64,000 nt of DNA from a virus (taxonomy: Duplodnaviria > Caudoviricetes): positions 64,001-128,000 of IMG/VR virus record IMGVR_UViG_3300033076_001354. One strand, written 5' to 3'. Positions within the stretch are counted from its first letter, which is position 1, and each line of letters begins with the position of its first letter. This document shows, in pieces, positions 62,506-64,000 of this stretch. Under the pieces are notes generated by a model. It saw only the letters and a program-made list of their open reading frames with translations, was not told the DNA's origin and made no database searches. Position numbers and translations under genes: made by a program.

Positions 62506-63734
62506 GAGTGGCTATCCTTATGGGTCGCGGCATCGAGGGATGCGGCGTCTCGAAGTTTACGATTGAGATGGCGAAGTACCTGCAGAAGCATGGGCACGAA
62601 TACGTCGTCATCGCCGCCAAGGACAAGACTTGGTCGCGCAAGAACTCACATGAGATGCCCAACCTCATGTACATTAAGTTCGCCGATGACGGCTCGGTGG
62701 ATCACGTGGCCGACGCCTGCAACTCATGCGACTTGGTAGTCATCAACTCGCTCCCGCCGTTCGCGTACAAGAAGAACTTGAACTACGACGTTAAGGTCGC
62801 TGAGAACTTCCGTAAGATACTTCAGCAGATCACAGCGCCGACGGTGTTGTTTCAGCACGACCACAACAAGATCTCCATCACGCGCAACGACTGCTTGAAA
62901 GAATCTATCGAGAAGTCGAAGGTGTTGTTTGCGCACTCTCCGACCGGTGACTTCGCCGGCGTCGTCGAGAGCATGTCAGAAGCCGGCGGGGTGATGGGAT
63001 TCTTTGGAGGCGAAGCGCCGAAGAAGGAGATCTTAAACTTCCAACCGGGAATGTACTTCGACGAAGTTCGCCAGAAGTATTGGAAGCCCATCGAACAGAC
63101 CGACAAGATGTGCCACCGATGGATCGGCCGCATGGCGCTGTGGAAGGGTCCGCGACTCATGTTCGACTTCCATGAGAAACACCTGCGCAAGATGAACGCA
63201 CTCACGATCCTTGAAGGCATGGAGAAGTCTCTCGCTTTTGTTGAGATCAAGCAGAAGTATTCTTTCCAGTACTTCAACACCGAGAACCCAAACAACGTAG
63301 ACTTCGCTCCTTGGTACGGCAACACGGCCACCGTGTTCTCATTCTATAAGAACCATGAGCTTCTCGAGCGCTTGTCGAAGTCGGGCTACGGCTACCAGCT
63401 CTCGCTTCTAGATCCTAGGTACATCAAGCGATCGATCGAGTACACGCACTGCGAGGTTGCAGCCACGGGAGCGATCCCAGTGTTCCACAAGGGATACGGC
63501 GAAGCATGCACGCATCGAGTGCTCGGTAAACCCTTGACAGAATGCAAGGACAGTGGTACTATATGGTTATCGAATGAGAACATGGAGCAGTGCGCAGACT
63601 TGATCGCCACGCTGAACACCGACGACGGACTCCGCAACGAGTACCGCGAGAAAGCCTATGAGTTCTATAAGTCACATCAAGACGCAGACGCTGTCTTCGA
63701 CGAAGCGTTTAAACTGATCGGAGAAGCAAAGTGA
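62502..63734 (+). CDS. agt: DNA alpha-glucosyltransferase (T4 AGT-like)
   Basis: N-term MRVAILMGRGIEGCGVSKF...AKDK matches T4 AGT; QHDH, RWIGR..WKG, EYTHCE. Confidence 0.85.
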   Translation: MRVAILMGRGIEGCGVSKFTIEMAKYLQKHGHEYVVIAAKDKTWSRKNSHEMPNLMYIKFADDGSVDHVADACNSCDLVVINSLPPFAYKKNLNYDVKVAENFRKILQQITAPTVLFQHDHNKISITRNDCLKESIEKSKVLFAHSPTGDFAGVVESMSEAGGVMGFFGGEAPKKEILNFQPGMYFDEVRQKYWKPIEQTDKMCHRWIGRMALWKGPRLMFDFHEKHLRKMNALTILEGMEKSLAFVEIKQKYSFQYFNTENPNNVDFAPWYGNTATVFSFYKNHELLERLSKSGYGYQLSLLDPRYIKRSIEYTHCEVAATGAIPVFHKGYGEACTHRVLGKPLTECKDSGTIWLSNENMEQCADLIATLNTDDGLRNEYREKAYEFYKSHQDADAVFDEAFKLIGEAK

Positions 63735-64000
63735 AGCACGCGACAATCGTACCCCTTATCGGAGGTGAGACGCTCGGGTCTGAGAGAGCTTTTGGTTCTC
63801 GACCCGAGTGGCTTGCTTCCTACGAGCCGTTCATGGCGAACGACAGCCACCTATTGAACTACTACAACAACGAGGTTCCTTATCACCTCATCGATAAGGG
63901 CGACTTCCCTAAGACCAAGGTCGACGTGATCAGCACCGTGTGTCCGTGCGCCGGTCTATCGCAGCTGTCGCACGGCTTCGGCGATCACAACCCAAACAAC
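63731..64000 (+). CDS. DNA cytosine-C5 methyltransferase-like protein (partial, runs off window)
   Basis: GTG start coupled to agt; MKHATIVPLIGG...VDVISTVCPCAGLS contains the PC..S catalytic motif IV. Confidence 0.65.
   Translation, partial: MKHATIVPLIGGETLGSERAFGSRPEWLASYEPFMANDSHLLNYYNNEVPYHLIDKGDFPKTKVDVISTVCPCAGLSQLSHGFGDHNPNN

Overview
This 64-kb window is part of a large T4-like (myovirus) bacteriophage genome with cyanophage/alphaproteobacterial-phage-type gene order; the host cannot be determined from the sequence. Layout: baseplate wedge genes (gp6 end, gp7, gp8) and a 1928-aa VrlC-like protein; a fibre with a symmetric Tyr-x-Gly-x repeat and its probable chaperone; an ~11-kb enzyme island (4 GT-A glycosyltransferases, 2 dioxygenase-like, 2-3 methyltransferases, 4 sulfotransferase-like, a Na+:solute symporter, an APS-kinase-like protein and an HxGH nucleotidyltransferase); more fibre/RBP genes, a GH19 lysin and a PAAR-like protein; the gp13-gp23 head/tail module with TATAAATA late promoters; a small early-gene island; gp3-uvsY-uvsW-gp55-gp47-gp46; and a DNA-modification cassette (gp42-like dCMP hydroxymethylase, dCMP deaminase, UDG-fold protein, alpha-glucosyltransferase, partial C5-methyltransferase). 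The main candidate for an undescribed system: the virion proteins are very Asn-rich and dense in N-X-S/T sequons, and the glycosyl/sulfo/methyl-transfer island sits among them. This suggests phage-encoded N-glycosylation and sulfation of the virion surface (inference, untested). All family assignments come from motif recognition by eye; no searches were run.
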